This document shows positions 29,881 to 45,297 of a stretch of DNA of 64,000 nt, piece by piece. The notes under the pieces are model-generated. The model was given only the letters and a program-made list of their open reading frames with translations, was not told the DNA's origin and ran no database searches. Numbering within the stretch: position 1 is the first letter of the stretch; the number at the start of each line of letters is the position of its first letter. A program made the translations under genes and the position numbers. Origin of the DNA: Eledone cirrhosa (lineage: Eukaryota); contig OZ024741.1 of the NCBI GenBank assembly GCA_964016885.1, positions 373,426,001 through 373,490,000 on the forward strand. Direction: 5' to 3'.

Positions 29881-30369
29881 TTTCCGCAATATTAATGTTT
29901 AATTTTTCTGTATTGTAATGTTAAATGATTGTATTTTATATCTTATACCACTTCTACCCAGGTTTCTCTTGGTCTTCATCTACTTATGATATCATATACT
30001 ATACAATATCACCCAAACAAGCAGTTAACTCAGCCAGTTAAAAGAGGCTCTCTTCCCCACCTATATGTGAGTAGGTGGGTTAATGAGCTGACAATACTCT
30101 ATCATTATCATAGCTAACATACATATCATGAACAGAGAAAGATTAATATTAACACTAGAGAAGCTAGATAGCAGGAAGGTAAACTAAAACAAACTTTATA
30201 ACAAAACCAGTGGTGTATGATGTTTACATTTTATAAGAATATCTCACCTATGTATTTTTTTATTATCTAGTATGCTGGTGGATATAGTCTACACCCCTCT
30301 TGTTTGAACCCCCCACCCCTCACTCCATCAATGCAACCTCGGTATGGCCAAGGACACACTGGCACACTA

Positions 30370-30860
30370 ATGTCATAATGCAGTAGTTCTGATACTATGA
30401 TAAAGTGCACCAAGCCCACTCTGCAAGGTGGTCGTGCTGGTGCCACAATAAAGAGCACCCAGTCCAGCTTGTAAAGTGGTAGTGTTTGTACTAAGTTGAA
30501 AAGCATCCAGTCCACCTTGAAAGGTTATCACCCAATATACACTGAAAGGTAATAGTGCTGGTGCCATGATAAAAAGCACACAGTCCACCCTGTAAGGTGA
30601 TAGTACTGGTGTCATGCTAAAAAGCACCCAGTCCACAATGTAAGGTGGTAGTGTCGGAGTCAAAATAAAATGCTCCCAGTACACACTGTAAAGAAATTGG
30701 CATTAGGAAGAACATCCTGATGTAGAAACCATGCCAAAAATGAAGCATACAAACAAGACAGTCACCTGATCAGTCTAGCCTCAATACTTGACAGCCTGTC
30801 TAATCCATGCAAGGTAGGAAAATAGACATCAAATGGAGGTGGTGATGATGTTGATGATGG
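30370..30860 (+). mobile_element. Old RTE-tailed element with about 7 tandem 45-48-bp units
   Basis: Repeated aaagcacccagtccac..tgtaaggtggtagtgctggtg, then ggcattaggaagaacatcc and an RTE-like end. Confidence 0.65.
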
Positions 30861-32403
30861 TGGCAGTAGTAGAGGTGGTGATGGTAATGTTAGCATACAA
30901 GCTGGTTAGATCTAGTATAAACTGAAAATGATACAAAAAAAATGAAAACACTACTTTGGTAAAATATTAATTGATACCTTCTATCATACTATGCCATGGA
31001 CTCTTAACACCTGATGGAGTGACAGAGGCACTGTTGTTACATACTTATCTTGAGGAGTTTAAACCTGGCAGAGCCCATCTCATCCCTAGGTCAGAACAAC
31101 AAAGAAAAGGTGAGAAAGAAGTGAAAAAGAGGGTACAGAGGAAGAATCAATCAATATAATACCAGTATTGAACTGGTTCTTTGTTTATTGACATTGAAGG
31201 GATGAAAGAGATTTGAACTCAGAATGCAGGGAGCCAGAACAAATACTGTTAATCATTCTATCTGACATTCCAACAACTCAGCCAATTTGCTGCCTCTTAT
31301 ATAATGTACAGGCTGTCTAATAGGTACAAAACCAGATTTACTTTGGGATGGGGGTGCAGCTGTTCAGGTTTGGTGAGCCTCTCATAACAATATACACACA
31401 CACGTATATACATGTGTGTGTGTGGGTGTGTGTGTGCATGCATATATATGTGTGTGTGTGTGCATGCATATATATGTGTGTGTGTGTGCATGCATATAAG
31501 TGTGTGCGTGTGTGCGTGTGCGTGCATATATGTGTATATATATTTGTGCAAGCAGGGAAAAAGCAGACGTATGATGATGAGGATGATGATGATGACACAC
31601 ACACATATATGCACACATCAGCAGGAAGAGAAAGAGAAGAAGACATATTCAGAGACAGGATTGGCTCTGTTTGAGAAGGGGGTTCAAGGCTTTTGCCCCC
31701 ACTGCCCCCAATAAAACCTGGCCCTGAACAAGTAAAATACTACTGGTTGATGTTATATCATACACGGCTGTCTAACAGGTAAAATACATTTAGTTGATAT
31801 GCAGTATCTTACACAAGCTGTCTAACAACCTGTCTGATATAATAATTACTGATGAATAAGTAGAAAGAGGAAATTAAATGTGGAACTTCTAATAAATAAA
31901 AATTGCTTTCTAAGGTACAGCAGCAGCCATTGAAGAAATCAGTGTGATTGGATTTTAAATAAGTTTTGATCCAGTCCCTCATTCATAGTTGCTAGTATAT
32001 TTGCACCTTGCAGGACTGCTAACAATGGAGCCTCAGTATAGTCACTCAATCTGCTAATGGAGCCTCAGTATAGTCACTCAATCTGCTAGAAACAGCAGCC
32101 AATGTCCCTCAAATCACACCAATATGTCTTTAAAAAATATAGGACTGGAAAGAAATGAAGCAACCATGCTTCGTTGGATGTGCAATGTAAGTGTGAGAGA
32201 AAAACAGAGTTTGGATGAGCTGAGGGAGAAGCTGGATTTAAGAGGAATCTGAGATGGTGCACAGAAGAGAAGACTGCATTGGAACAGACATGGATGACTG
32301 TAGGTTTCGCTTTGTACATAGGCAAGGCAGGTCTTCTGTATTACTGCGTAGTGCCAAAGCTCTCGGTCCAGTGACATTGTCTTAGAGAGGTGTAAGTGTG
32401 TAA

Positions 32404-33320
32404 ATCATCATCATCATCACCGTTTTACGTCCGTTCTTCCACGCTAGCATGGGTTAGACGGGTTGTCTTGTTGTGGGCAGTGTCTGGTCGGCTGACCATG
32501 CCTTGCTCATACAGGAACTGATTTGGCTTGATTTCTACAGCTGGATGCCCTTCCTAACACCAACCTCATTTACAGTGAGTGCTGGGTGCTTTTTCGTGGC
32601 GCCTACACGTCCACTTTACAGTGTGGGCTGGGAGCTTTTTTTGCCGTGGCACCTCCACGACCACCTTGCGGTGTGGGGGGGGGGGGGCATATTGTCTATA
32701 TGCTTCAGCTTGTACCCATGGGAGGTCGGGTACTCTGTATTACTGCATGACGCCAGAAGTCACGGTCGTGTGTCATTGTCTTTGAGAGGTGTAATTGGGT
32801 AAGGTCGGCTTTTATCACCTCATCCCAGGTCATCTTGGGTCTCCCCACTCCACGGTTTCCATCAACTTCTAGTGCTCTGCACCTTTTTATGCAGCTGTCA
32901 TCCTTCATACGCATCACATGTCCATACCAGCGCAACCGCCTCTCCTGCAAACAGCATTTGATTCCTCTTATGCTCAGTCTCTCTCTCAATTCATTTATGC
33001 TTTGTCGTTCACGTATATTACTGTTACACATCCATCGGAGCATGCAGGCTTCATTTCTCTCTAATCTACGTAAGTCTTCCACCTTCAGCGCCCAGGTCTC
33101 ACTACCATGCAACATCGCTGTTCGGATACACGCATCATACAGTCTGCCTTTCATTCTGAGGGAGAAGCTTTTTGCAGCTAGCAGTGGTAGTAGTTCCCTA
33201 AACTTCTTCCATCCCGTTCTTACCCTAGTTATTGTACTTTCTGAACACCCACCTCCGCTGCTAATTCGGTCACCTAGGTAGCAGAAGCTGTCTACTGTTT
33301 CTACAGGGCCCTCCCAGAGA
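32404..33320 (-). mobile_element. RTE family B, 5'-truncated (adjacent to RTE-A fragment 32318-32403 and an old + strand RTE fragment 32140-32300)
   Basis: ORF 32705-33154; 3'UTR; (GAT)n tail. Confidence 0.93.
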
Positions 33321-35649
33321 TATATATATATATTTCTGTGTGTATATGCTCTAGAAATGGTACACTGTATACCTGAGAGGCATATGAGACAATTAACAGA
33401 ATTGGTGTTCTTTGTCTAGTTATAAAATCTGGCCTCTTAAAGAACCCTGTGATAAATATGAAATCTGTCATGTGACCTGCAAGACTAGCCATGGCTTTAG
33501 CAGGGAAAATGGCCTTAAAATAATTGTTGGTTGATTTGGATAATGTAGTTTAAGATACACAGTTGAATAAAAGACTGGATGGTCTTAGCTGGAATGTCCT
33601 TGATATAATAATGATTTCTGACATTGGCACATGGCCAGCAATTTGTGAGGAGGGGAAAGCTGTTTATATCGACCCCCACTACTTTACTGATATTTCATCA
33701 TCCCCAGAAGGATGAAAAACATAATTGACCTCAGTAGGATTTGAACTCAGAACATAAAGAGTCATAACTAAATGATGCAAAGTATATTGTCTGATGCCCT
33801 AATGGTTCTGCCAATCTACCATCTTCATTGGGGTTATATAATAATAATAACATCCAGAACCTCTATTTGGTTCCATTCAAAGACTGATGAAAGCCTGGTT
33901 AACTATCATTTCATTTAAGTTCTCTAGAGAAATGCGCCAAGGATATGATAACCTATCTGTGCTGCAGCTTGTTCTAGCAAATAATCTTTTATCGCTATAT
34001 AGGCAGTATAGTGGATATATGCTTGGGTCCAAAACGACAAACAAAATCAATTTTGCACATAGCTTATTTGTTGAAAACCAGGAAATGTATGCCAAAAGCT
34101 ACAATGTAGCCAACTGAGCTAACTACAACCCATTCACTTGACATCAGAATGGAATTCAGTCACCATAGATATTCATATTTATAATATATTAAGCAAGGGG
34201 TACAAACTGGGAAGAAAATCTCACAGTCAATAAGCTGTCTATCAATCTGATTCTTAACAATAAGTGATACAAACACAGGGATAGACAAAAAACATATCCT
34301 ACATCAATAATTAAAGAGTTACTCTACTTTTCTTTTTCCTGTAACTCCTGAGCGAGTCATAGGGGCACCGTATTGACATACAGCGTTTTTAGGACATTTT
34401 AAAACCTGGTGGAGCCCATCTCCTCTCCAGGTCTGAATATAGTAGATTTCTTCCAGAGACGGATAGAGAGTGAGAAAATGGAAGTGAGAAAGAGACACAG
34501 AGGAAGAATTGGCCCCAGTACTAGACTGGTACTTTTTTTATTGACCTTATATGGATGAATGGCAAAGTTGACCTCAGCAGGATTTGAACTCAGAGAGCAG
34601 ATAACTGAAATGTATTCCACAAAAAATTCTAACTGACATTCTAACAACTTTGCCAATTCATTGCCTGTTACTATACTAACCCTCAAAAAAGTAACCAGAG
34701 CTGTAATTTTACAAAAAAAAACCACGCTCTTTAACCATTTTGGTTCTAAACCTGAAACTACCCTGGTTTTATGATATGAAACTGCTCATTTTAAAATGCT
34801 TATTTATATGTTAAAACCATCCATCATAATTTTATTTTATAAATTTTTGTTCAATGTTTAAATGTCAGTTTACCAATGAAAGTTATTTCATTAAATTTCT
34901 CCAAATGTTTTATTTTCAAAATTAATCGAAACATATAGGCAGTATATTTCATTAAAAATACAGTAATGAAAGAGTTGATATATTTAGTATCAGTATTCAA
35001 GTTACTTAGTTGAAGATTAAAGTAAATCTGGATTGGTGGAAATGTTAAATGAGATGTCTTGCAGTATTTGTTGTGGGTCTTTGTATTTTGTGTATTTTGG
35101 TTGTAGACTTAATCCAACTTACCACCACCTTCTGGTTCTTGGCTGTCTTTAGTGATCTCCAGTTTTAAAATAGTTCCCCCTCCACCCCATTTCTTCTAAT
35201 AATCTTGGGAGTCATGAAAAAATAACATCCAGGGGTTCCTTTTTCCTGACTAAGTGGTTACAAAAAATCAAAACAAACGAAAAACCTTTGAGTCTAATAT
35301 TAAAAGTCTCTATTATCAAGTGTGAACTTCTAAAAAAGACAAAATGAAAAAAGAAAAAAAAAATGACATTTACAGGCTTTTCCAGAAAACAACAGGAAAA
35401 TGTTTAATATCAATGCAGACAGATTTCATTGTCACAGAGTATCATGGAGATACCACCTGTTAAATAACAGAGAGGAAAAATCGATTCAATGAAGAGTGTT
35501 TTAAAATTAGAATATCATGTATAAGTTAGAAGCAAACTTCTAAAGATGCAGTCAAAGTGTGATGTGTCATGCAACCTCAGAAATGTTAAACAGATCCATT
35601 TTTATTGAGGTATGGAAAAAAATAATACACAGTACCAACAATATATTGT

Positions 35650-35933
35650 GGAGGTACGTGGCCTGGTGGAAAGGGTATTGGATTTATGGTCATAATGTCA
35701 TGGGTTCGATTCCATGATTGGGTTGTGTGTTGTGTTCTGTTCTTGAGCAAAACACTTCATTTCATATTGCTCCAGTGTACTCAACTGAAAATGGGTACCA
35801 GCAATATCTGGGGGTTTAATCCTGTGATAGACTGGCATCCTGCTCAGGGGGATGTTTTGTACTCTCAGTTGCTTAACACTACAGAAGCCGGGATAAGCAC
35901 TGGTCTGATGAGCCTCCGGTCTTGAGACAAGCA
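35650..35933 (+). mobile_element. tRNA/CORE SINE, third family
   Basis: A/B boxes, ttcttgagcaaaacactt CORE, cctgtgatagactggcatcc, ccgggataagcactgg.ctgatgagcc; homolog at 40885-41168(-). Confidence 0.8.
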
Positions 35934-38884
35934 AAAAATCAAAACAATATATATGTATGGATGTATATTCTGTAAGCTGGGCAGCTTTTGTAATCTATCT
36001 TAATGTATTTCTTGGTGTGTCCCATCATATATTCTAAGATATATTCATTTTTCTTCTATTCTTTATTCTGGTTTCATGCAGTCATGTTGGGCCACATTTT
36101 TTGTTAAAGTCTAGCATTCATTTAATCAAATTCTATTTATGACACCACATAAACAAATGGCACCAGTTGTTATGCAGTGCAAATTTAAATACACATGGAC
36201 ACACATACATTAGGTGGTTCAGTAGATTTGTGGCTTATAGCATTAATATAGATCCTGAGCCACCCATCTGTGAAACAGTCATAACTAAGTATAATCAATA
36301 CAGACCTTAATGTGAAACCTTGCTTTTTTTCTGTGTGTGTGTGTGTGTCTGTGTGTGTGTCTGTCTATGCGTGTGTGTGCGTGTGTGTCTGTCTATGTGT
36401 GTATGCGTGCGTGTGTGTGTGTGCGTGTGTGTGTGCGTGTGCGTGCGTGAGTGTGGTGTGTGAAAAGTAACCAGAAATAACAAAGCAAATGACAACACAA
36501 TGGAGAAATATATTAGTTTAACACTTGAAATAATATAGATAGATAGATAGATGCACACTCTGTAAAACAGTTGGCATTAGAAAGTACATCCAGTTGTAGA
36601 AACCATGCAAAATATTAAATGTATTGAGTGAGGCATAGCTTCCAACCCATCTGAGAGAACAATAACTCAGATAAATGGTTGAGAACAATCCATTCAACCC
36701 ATGCCTGTATGGGAAACAAACATAAAATGATAATAATGATGATGGGGATGTTACATCATGAGCTTTCACACAATTTCCATCTACCAAATATCACTCAAAA
36801 GTATTTGGTGAACCCAAAGCTATAGTTGAAGATACTTGCCCAAGTACTTCTTAACCATCTAGCCTGTGACCATATAGCCTGTGCTTATGAATTTTCACAA
36901 TTCAAGAATAAAAGATAGTTACAAAATATATTGTTAATAAAAAAGTTATTAATGCTTGAATGCCCTTAAGATTAACAGAAATGTTTGCTGTGCCATGATT
37001 CTGTGGAGAAAACAACACGTTATGGAAAAAAAAAATCAATGTTTCCTGAACCACTGCAGGGAGATTTTATAAAAACCCACTGCTTAACTCCATTTTATAG
37101 TAGCAAACAGCTGAAAAGAGATATCTTCCTCCGGATAAATGTCTGTTTATCTTAGAATTCCCAGAGGATATGGTATTCATTCCCATCAAATAAGGGAACT
37201 GAATTACAAATACACGACAAAACACCATCAGTAAATTTAAACTAAAAAAATTTAAATTGGTTATCTAATACTATATTTGTTCAACCAGCCCACTTCAACA
37301 CAGAATGTATATCATCCTATAATATAATCGAATTAAATGTATCATACGTACATATGTATGTGTGTGTACATGTATGTATGAGTATGTGTGTGCATGTATG
37401 TATGTGGGTAAATTTGACTATATACAATGTGTGTATGTGTGACTACAGGGAAAATATAGTCCTAGAGTACCACAATTAAGTCAGATGTAGAATTGCACCC
37501 TATACACACTGTAAAGTGGTTGGTGGTAGGAAGGGCATCCAGCTATAGAAAGCTTGCCTAACAAAGGGTTGGGAGGACCCTCAGTTGTGTCAAAGACATG
37601 AAAAACCTTTCTTGTGCACTCAATAGAACACGAGACCGTACATAAGATCAGCAGCCTCACTACAGTACTGACTAGATCTATGTAGAACCATCCAACCCTT
37701 GCTAGCAGGGAAATTTGACATTAAAACGATGATGATCATGATAATATAAAGCATATCAGTGAAACTTCATCTTTTTCTTCTTTTCCCACTTATTCCAGAA
37801 AGGGTCATGGGGAGAGAGTCCTTAGGTGTCCTTTCGAATGGGTCCTTTCAGAAGCAACCATCAACAAATGATCTGGCTGGATTCCCAAGCAAGACCAACC
37901 AAGCTTATCCAACCATTTTACTCATCATCTACCTCTGGGTCTCATGCCAGTTGGCTTTACCCATAAAATCAGTCCTGTGACTCCTTCCTGGGATATTCTA
38001 ATTACGTGTCTATAGTATCAGAGCTATGATCTTTTAATGTGAAAAATTATTACATGTAAATCCATACACCTGGTTGGTATAAACATCTGAGAAAGCAGAA
38101 CTAGTGTGGAAGCCAGTTATCCAGTACATGTAAAATTATTACTGAAAGTCATTGAAAAAGGTGATCAAATATGGACAGCTGATTTTTTATGTTTTATCAG
38201 TTCTTAAATCCTTTTTCAGGGACTTCAAAATTGGGAAGAGGGTTTATGATAACTTCACACATATATTTGTAATTATTGGTGCAATATGCAAGATACAGGA
38301 CCCCAGCCGATCTGGGAGGTCAGTAGCTCTGCTTGAGTAGTGACTCAGTCTGTGATAAACCATCCAAACTTTACTAGCAGGGAAAACAGACATCAAATGA
38401 TGGTGATGATGATAAAGTGAACTACTTTATGTTCTGGAAACCCAGTTTGTAAGTGGGACACTAAAATCATGCAGGTTTTCTCTAAAGTTTAGCATATGGC
38501 TCTACTACATAATTATTTTTGTTCAAATTACCAAGGAAAGAGCTTTACTTCTTAATTACTTTTTTCTTGGGGGAAATTTTTAAGCCAAAATTAAAAATAC
38601 ACACATCTGGTGCAGGCACGGGTGGTAAAGTAGCTTTCTCCACAACCATCTAGTTTTGGGTTCTATCCAACAGTATACTACATTGGGAAACTATCTTCCA
38701 CAACCCAATCTCTTGTAACCGTAATTGAAAGGAGAAAACTGTTTGAAACCTGTTGTGTGTGTGTGTGTGTGTGTGCATGTAAACACACACACACACACAC
38801 GCATATAGTGATTAATATATAAACATATATCACATCTGAGAGGGGATTTCATGAATAGCATGTGTGTGTAGTATGTGTGTATGT

Positions 38885-39250
38885 GTGTGTGTGTGTATAA
38901 TCATCATCATCATCATATATATATACATCATCATCACCATCATCATCATTTGTATGTGCATATCTTTGTATACAAGCATGAATTGGACAATACATATTTA
39001 GACCACACTCTATGACAGTGTGTGTGTGTGTGTGTGTGTATAATCATCATCATCATCATCATTTGTATGTGCATATCTTTGTATACAAGCATGAATTGGA
39101 CAATACATATTTAGACCACACTCTATGACAGTGTGTGTGTGTGTGTGTGTGTATAATCATCATCATCATCATCATTTGTATGTGCATATCTTTGTATACA
39201 AGCATGAATTGGACAATACATATTTAGACCACACTCTATGGCAGTGTGTG
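38885..39250. repeat. 113-bp tandem repeat x3 built from an RTE-like tail plus TG/CAT microsatellite
   Basis: gaccacactctatg at 39001, 39114 and 39227. Confidence 0.9.
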
Positions 39251-39553
39251 TTTATCTCTGTGTTTTGCTTAGCATTGGATGTAAGGCATCTCTAGCCCAT
39301 CCCTCTCCAGGTGTGAACACAGCCGATTTCTTCCAGAGAAGGATAGCGAGAGTAAGAGAATGGAAGTGAGAAAGAGATATAGAAGAAGAACTGAACCCAG
39401 TACTTGACTGGTACTTCTTTTTATTGACTTTGAAAGGGTGAAAGGTAGAGTTGAGTGTAGTAGAATTTGAACTGAGAGAGCAGAGAGTGAAACTAATACC
39501 ACACAGCATTCTATGCAACATTCTAATGACTGCCAATTTGCCGTATATATAAA

Positions 39554-39736
39554 GGGCGGTGGTTTCGCAGTATCGGTAGAGCATCGGACGCCATGCTTCC
39601 AGCATAGTTACGTCCCTTTACGGTCTGAGTTCAAATCCCAACGAAGTTAACTTTGCCTTTCATCCTTACGGGGTCGATAAAATAAAGTACCAGTAATGTA
39701 CTGGATAATTGCTGGCCTTGTGCCTATAGTAGAAAC

Positions 39737-39741
<5 letters not shown>
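39554..39741 (+). mobile_element. tRNA-derived SINE (family of 2454/7173), head-to-head with an older minus-strand copy at 39265-39545
   Basis: Sequence identity to the 7173 copy. Confidence 0.88.
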
Positions 39742-39777
<36 letters not shown>

Positions 39778-40142
39778 TACACATATATATGTATACATAT
39801 ATATACATGCACATAATACACAGTTACAAACATATACACACACACATATATATATATATATACACACACACACATATATGTATACATATATACATATATA
39901 CATGCACATAATACATAATACACATACATACACAGCTACAAACACATACACACACATATATATATATACACACACACACACACATATGCACAGACACACA
40001 CACACATATATATAATTTTAAAAAAACGATCAAGTTTCGTTTACAGGTATCTATATTTTTATTGTGCATTATTCACTGAATCACATATACTATTTATATA
40101 TATATATATATATATGTGTGTGCAACAGTTTGTATATATATA

Positions 40143-40174
<32 letters not shown>

Positions 40175-40884
40175 CAAACTGTCACACACTTACATACATC
40201 TAATTATTTTTGCATGTACACATATGCAGTATGCAAAGAAATGCAACTATGATCAATAGCCTATGGTGTTATGGGACTAACTAGAATCACTTATTCTGTG
40301 AAGCCTGCAGTGTTGTTGTCGTCGTTGCTTTTATTTTATCGATTAGTCAGGGTAAGAACAGTGCCTATGACCTTTTCTTGGGGGCTTTCAAGACTGGTAG
40401 GAAGAAACCTCCCTGTAAGAGGCAGAGCATTCCACAGACACTTGTAATCTTAACATAATTTTTAGGGAGATACAGCATGATGCAGTGTATGACAAGGCTG
40501 GTCCTTTGAATTACAGGTACAGTCCATCCGACAAGCTTCCAAGCAATTTCCATCTACCAAATTTCCCTCACTAGACATGGGCTGACCCAAAGCTATAGCA
40601 AATAACACTTTCCCAAGATGCAATACAGTGGGATTAAACCTGGGACGTAATGATTCCTAAGTGAACCCCTTAATGTTCCCATACTGCACCCACAGACTGG
40701 TTGGAGAAAGTAAAATATCCTCAAAGTGAAGACCTGGTCTAAATATTTGCAACAGAGCAGATCCCACTAAAGATGCCCAATAATTTGGTAGTGGTATTAA
40801 CTTTTTTTCATACCAAACTGCTTGAAACTGCCCCAATTTCTATGATACACAGCCGTTTATTTTAGTGTTTATATCTAAAAGCCT

Positions 40885-41168
40885 AAAGTCTGTCTCAAGC
40901 CCTCGAGGCTCATCAGGCCAGTGCTTATCCCGGTTTCAGTGGTGTAAAGCAACTGAGAGTACAAGACTCCCAGCTGGACAGGATGTCAGTTCATTGCAGG
41001 GTTAAACCCCCATCTGTTGCTGGTATTCATTTTAAGCTGAGTATACTGGAGCAACGTGAAATTAAATCTTTTTCTCAAAAACACAACACACAACCCAGTC
41101 TAGCAATCAAACCCACAACATTATGATAGTAAGTCCAACACCCTTACCACTGGGACACATGCTTTCCA
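40885..41168 (-). mobile_element. tRNA/CORE SINE inserted in a TTAA-type MITE (about 40797-41317)
   Basis: Reverse complement of the 35650 family. Confidence 0.78.
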
Positions 41169-41789
41169 TTATTATTTTATATAAAAACCTTTGTAAAATT
41201 ATGTTCCAAACACTAGCTTAATAATGAGAAATTCACCAAAATTCTTGATTATTTTCCAAACGATTTTAATGTTATAAACAGTGCATTTCAATAGAAATAT
41301 GTTAACAAAAGGGTTTGAATAGGTGTTCAATTAAGTCTACTACCCAAACAGGCCATGGTGAGATTTGAACTCAGAACACAAAGAACCAGAAGAAATATCA
41401 CAATGAATTTTATCCGATCCTATAACACTACTGTTAATATGGTATTATGGTATGGTCCTGTAAATCCTGATGGAGTCCTGGGGTGCCATAGAAGCATACA
41501 GCATTTCTTGACCATTTGTTATGGCAGAGCCTATCCCTCTCCAGGTCTGAATACAGCATATTTCTTTCAGGGAAGGATAGAAAGTGAGAGATAGGAAGGG
41601 GAAAAGAGATATAGAGAAAGAATCGACCCCCAGTACTAGACTGTTACTTTTTTTATGGACCTCGAAAGAATGAAATGCAAAGGTGATCTAAACAGGGTTT
41701 GAACTTAAGGATCAGAGAGCTGGAACAAGTACCACAAAGCATTCTATCCAACATTCTAATGACTGCCAATTCACCACCTTTCAATATTA

Positions 41790-42540
41790 TAGGACCAACT
41801 AAAATGACTTGTTCTCCATAGCTTGCAGAGTTTTAGGACGAACTATAATGACTTTCTCTCCATAATTTACAAAGGTATGCCACCAACTATAATGGGTTTC
41901 TCTCCATAATTTACAAAGGTATGCCACCAACTATAATGGGTTTCTCTCCATAATTTACAAAGGTATGCCACCAACTATAATGGGTTTCTCTCCATAATTT
42001 ACAAAGGTATGCCACCAACTATAATGGGTTTCTCTCCATATTCTATAGAGTAGTAAGACCAAGTAGAACGGCTTTCTCTCCAGAACTTACCGAGTTTTAG
42101 GACCAACTATATTGGCTTTCTCTCTCTAGTCTATTAAGGTATAAGACCAGCTAGGATGACTTTCTCTCTACAGTCTATTGAAGTATAGGACCAATGAGAA
42201 TTAGTTTCTCTTTCTTTTTATAATCTATAGAGTTACATGACCGAGAATGATTTTCTCTTTATAGTCAACAGGACCAGCTAGAATGACTTTTTTCCCACAT
42301 TCTATTGAAGTATAGGACTAACAACAATTAGTTTCACTCCACAGAATTATAGAACTGAGAATTATTTTCTCTTTATACTCTACAGGACCAACTAGAATGA
42401 CTAGTTCTTCGTAGTCTATAGAGTTTCAGGACCAACAAAAAATTACTTTCTTTTCCGTAGTCGACAGAGTTATAGAACCAACTAGAATGAGTTACTAACC
42501 ATAGCCTATAGAGGTATGCCATCAGCTAGAATGACTCACA
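41790..42540. repeat. 44-bp minisatellite, perfect core 41855-42040 with degenerate flanks
   Basis: Unit ccaactataatgggtttctctccataatttacaaaggtatgcca. Confidence 0.9.
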
Positions 42541-42828
42541 CTTCTCTATAAAATAGATGGAAATACGACTTTGATGGTGACCCAATAGCCAATTGTTTGT
42601 GTCTGTTAATTGAAGTTTACATATACATGTTTGTTTTAGAATTTACTAAATATAAAATTCTATAAATGCAGCTGAAAAATATATTTTTAGATATATATGA
42701 ATGTGTGGGTGTGTGTGTGTACAATACAAGCATGTCTCCGTAAAGGTGCATGTACCCCTGTATCTGTACATAGATCGTTGTGTGTGTGTATAAGTGATAT
42801 CTGTGAGTGTGTGTATATATATATATAT

Positions 42829-42875
<47 letters not shown>

Positions 42876-42925
42876 AACATATATATATATATAAACATAT
42901 ATATATATAAACATATATATATATA

Positions 42926-42996
<71 letters not shown>

Positions 42997-43025
42997 TTAT
43001 ATATATATATATGTTTATATATATT

Positions 43026-43058
<33 letters not shown>

Positions 43059-43149
43059 GTATTGAAGTTTCCGTTGAAAACAGAAAAAGTCATAGGAGTG
43101 AAGAGTATATATATATATATGTTTATATATATATATATATATATATGTT

Positions 43150-43191
<42 letters not shown>

Positions 43192-43917
43192 GGTGTGTAC
43201 ACACACCTGTATGTTTTAACATAGACATAGAATGAGAGAAGTGTTGATATAAGGAAGGAGAGGGATTCATAAAATGTAAATAAAATAAACAAATGTAAAT
43301 AAATATGATCAGTTTGTCTTCTCGGTTGTGGTAACTTATTTATAAAAGTTGTCATTCTGGTGGTAGTATACTATATAGGACTCCCTTCCTTATACTGCTG
43401 CTGATCTATATAATAGGGGGTATTTCATTGTAATAGTGGCTGTGGTTGTAGGACCCTTCATACTCTGATGATGTATATAACAGTGGCCGCAATGTATATA
43501 TCATAGGACCCCTCATATTGTACTGCTGTATGTAACAGTGGTTGTTTATTGTGATAGTGGTTGTAGTGTATATATCATAGGACCCTTCATTATAGTGCTG
43601 TTGTGTATAATAGAGATCTTTCAATGGTGTATAAAATAAGGGGCTATGGTGATTGTCGTAGATGTAAGACCCGTCATTATAGTACTGGTGTATGTAACAA
43701 GGATTTTTCATTATGATAGCGGTTGTGATGTTGTTGGTTGTTTGTATATATACATATATATACATATATATATATACATATATATACATATATACATATA
43801 TATATATACATATATATACATATATACATATATATACATATATACACATATATATACATATATATACATATATACACATATATATACATATATACACATA
43901 TATATATATATATATAT

Positions 43918-43948
<31 letters not shown>

Positions 43949-44103
43949 TACATATATACATATATATATACATATATACATATATATATACATATATACA
44001 TATATATATACATATATACATATATATATATATACATATATACATATATATATATATACATATATACATATATATATACATATATACACATATATATATA
44101 TAC

Positions 44104-44136
<33 letters not shown>

Positions 44137-44137
44137 C

Positions 44138-44206
<69 letters not shown>

Positions 44207-45297
44207 CATATATATATATACACATATATACATATATATATCTATATCTAACAGGACCCTTCGTATGTATTAGTGCTGGTGTATATGACATAGTGATAGT
44301 GGCTGTAGTGATGTCTATGTAACAGGACCCTTCATTAGAGTGTTGGTCTATATGACAATAAGTCTTATATTGTGATAGTGGTTGCGATGTTGTTGGTTGA
44401 GGTATATGGTATAGGACTCCTTTATTATAGTGCTGGTCTTTTTATAAGGGTCCTTTTATTATGATGGAAGCGATGGTGTTGAATGTATAGCAAGTTTCTT
44501 CATTGTAATGACAACAAGTATAATAGGTGAAGCAGGGTATTATGTTGTGATGGATATGGTAGTGTAGTGGTGGTGGTGTATAGTATAGGGTTGTTCATTA
44601 TAATGACAGCATATAAAATAGGGAGTCATATGTTGTAATGGCAGTGGAGATCTAGTGGAGTTGTGTGATATGTATAGCAGGGTTCTTCGTTGTAGTGATA
44701 ATTATATATAATAGGGGTTCTTATATTGTGATGGAGGGGTTGGTTTGTGTGTGTGTCTGTGTGTGCGTGTGTATACACACACAAAAGGGTTCTTCTTTGT
44801 AATGACAGTACATATAAGAGTAGGGGGTGCCTTTTGTTGTGATGGTGGTGGTTGTGTATATATTAGGGTCCTTTATTTTTGTGCTGACATATGAAATACA
44901 TGAGGTTCTTCCTCGTGGTGGTGTATGTAAGAGAGAGGGAGAACTCAGGAGGTAATAATATGTTTGTAAATGTGAGTAAACAATGTTGGAGTAAGGTGTG
45001 ACAGTGGCATTAGAGCTCGGCTGCATGTTGATGCACTGTCAAGTGATAATTTGGAAGCTTGCACTTAGCAGCAGGCATATTTGGAAGGAGTGAGAACAGG
45101 GTAAGGGGGGGGGGGGTGAGAAGAGGAAAGCAAGGTAAGAAAGGAAGGAAAGGAGGGAGAAAGGAAAGAGGGATAGATAGAGAGAGAAAGAGAGAATGTG
45201 CTGCTATAACATACACAGAACATGTATGATATGACAAAAACAAAAAGCATGCTATCTCCTGAAGAAAAAGTGATCAATGAAGAGGAAAAAAACTTAC

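Noticed and set aside
33887-34117. 76-aa ORF in unique sequence
   Set aside because: No recognisable motif or splice context; expected by chance
35880-35925. gaagcc...ctgatgag as a permuted hammerhead
   Set aside because: No GAAA/stem III with a NUH site and no stem II; it is the SINE 3' region
41855-42540. CRISPR-like regular repeats
   Set aside because: Contiguous tandem 44-bp units with no unique spacers and no cas genes; eukaryotic context
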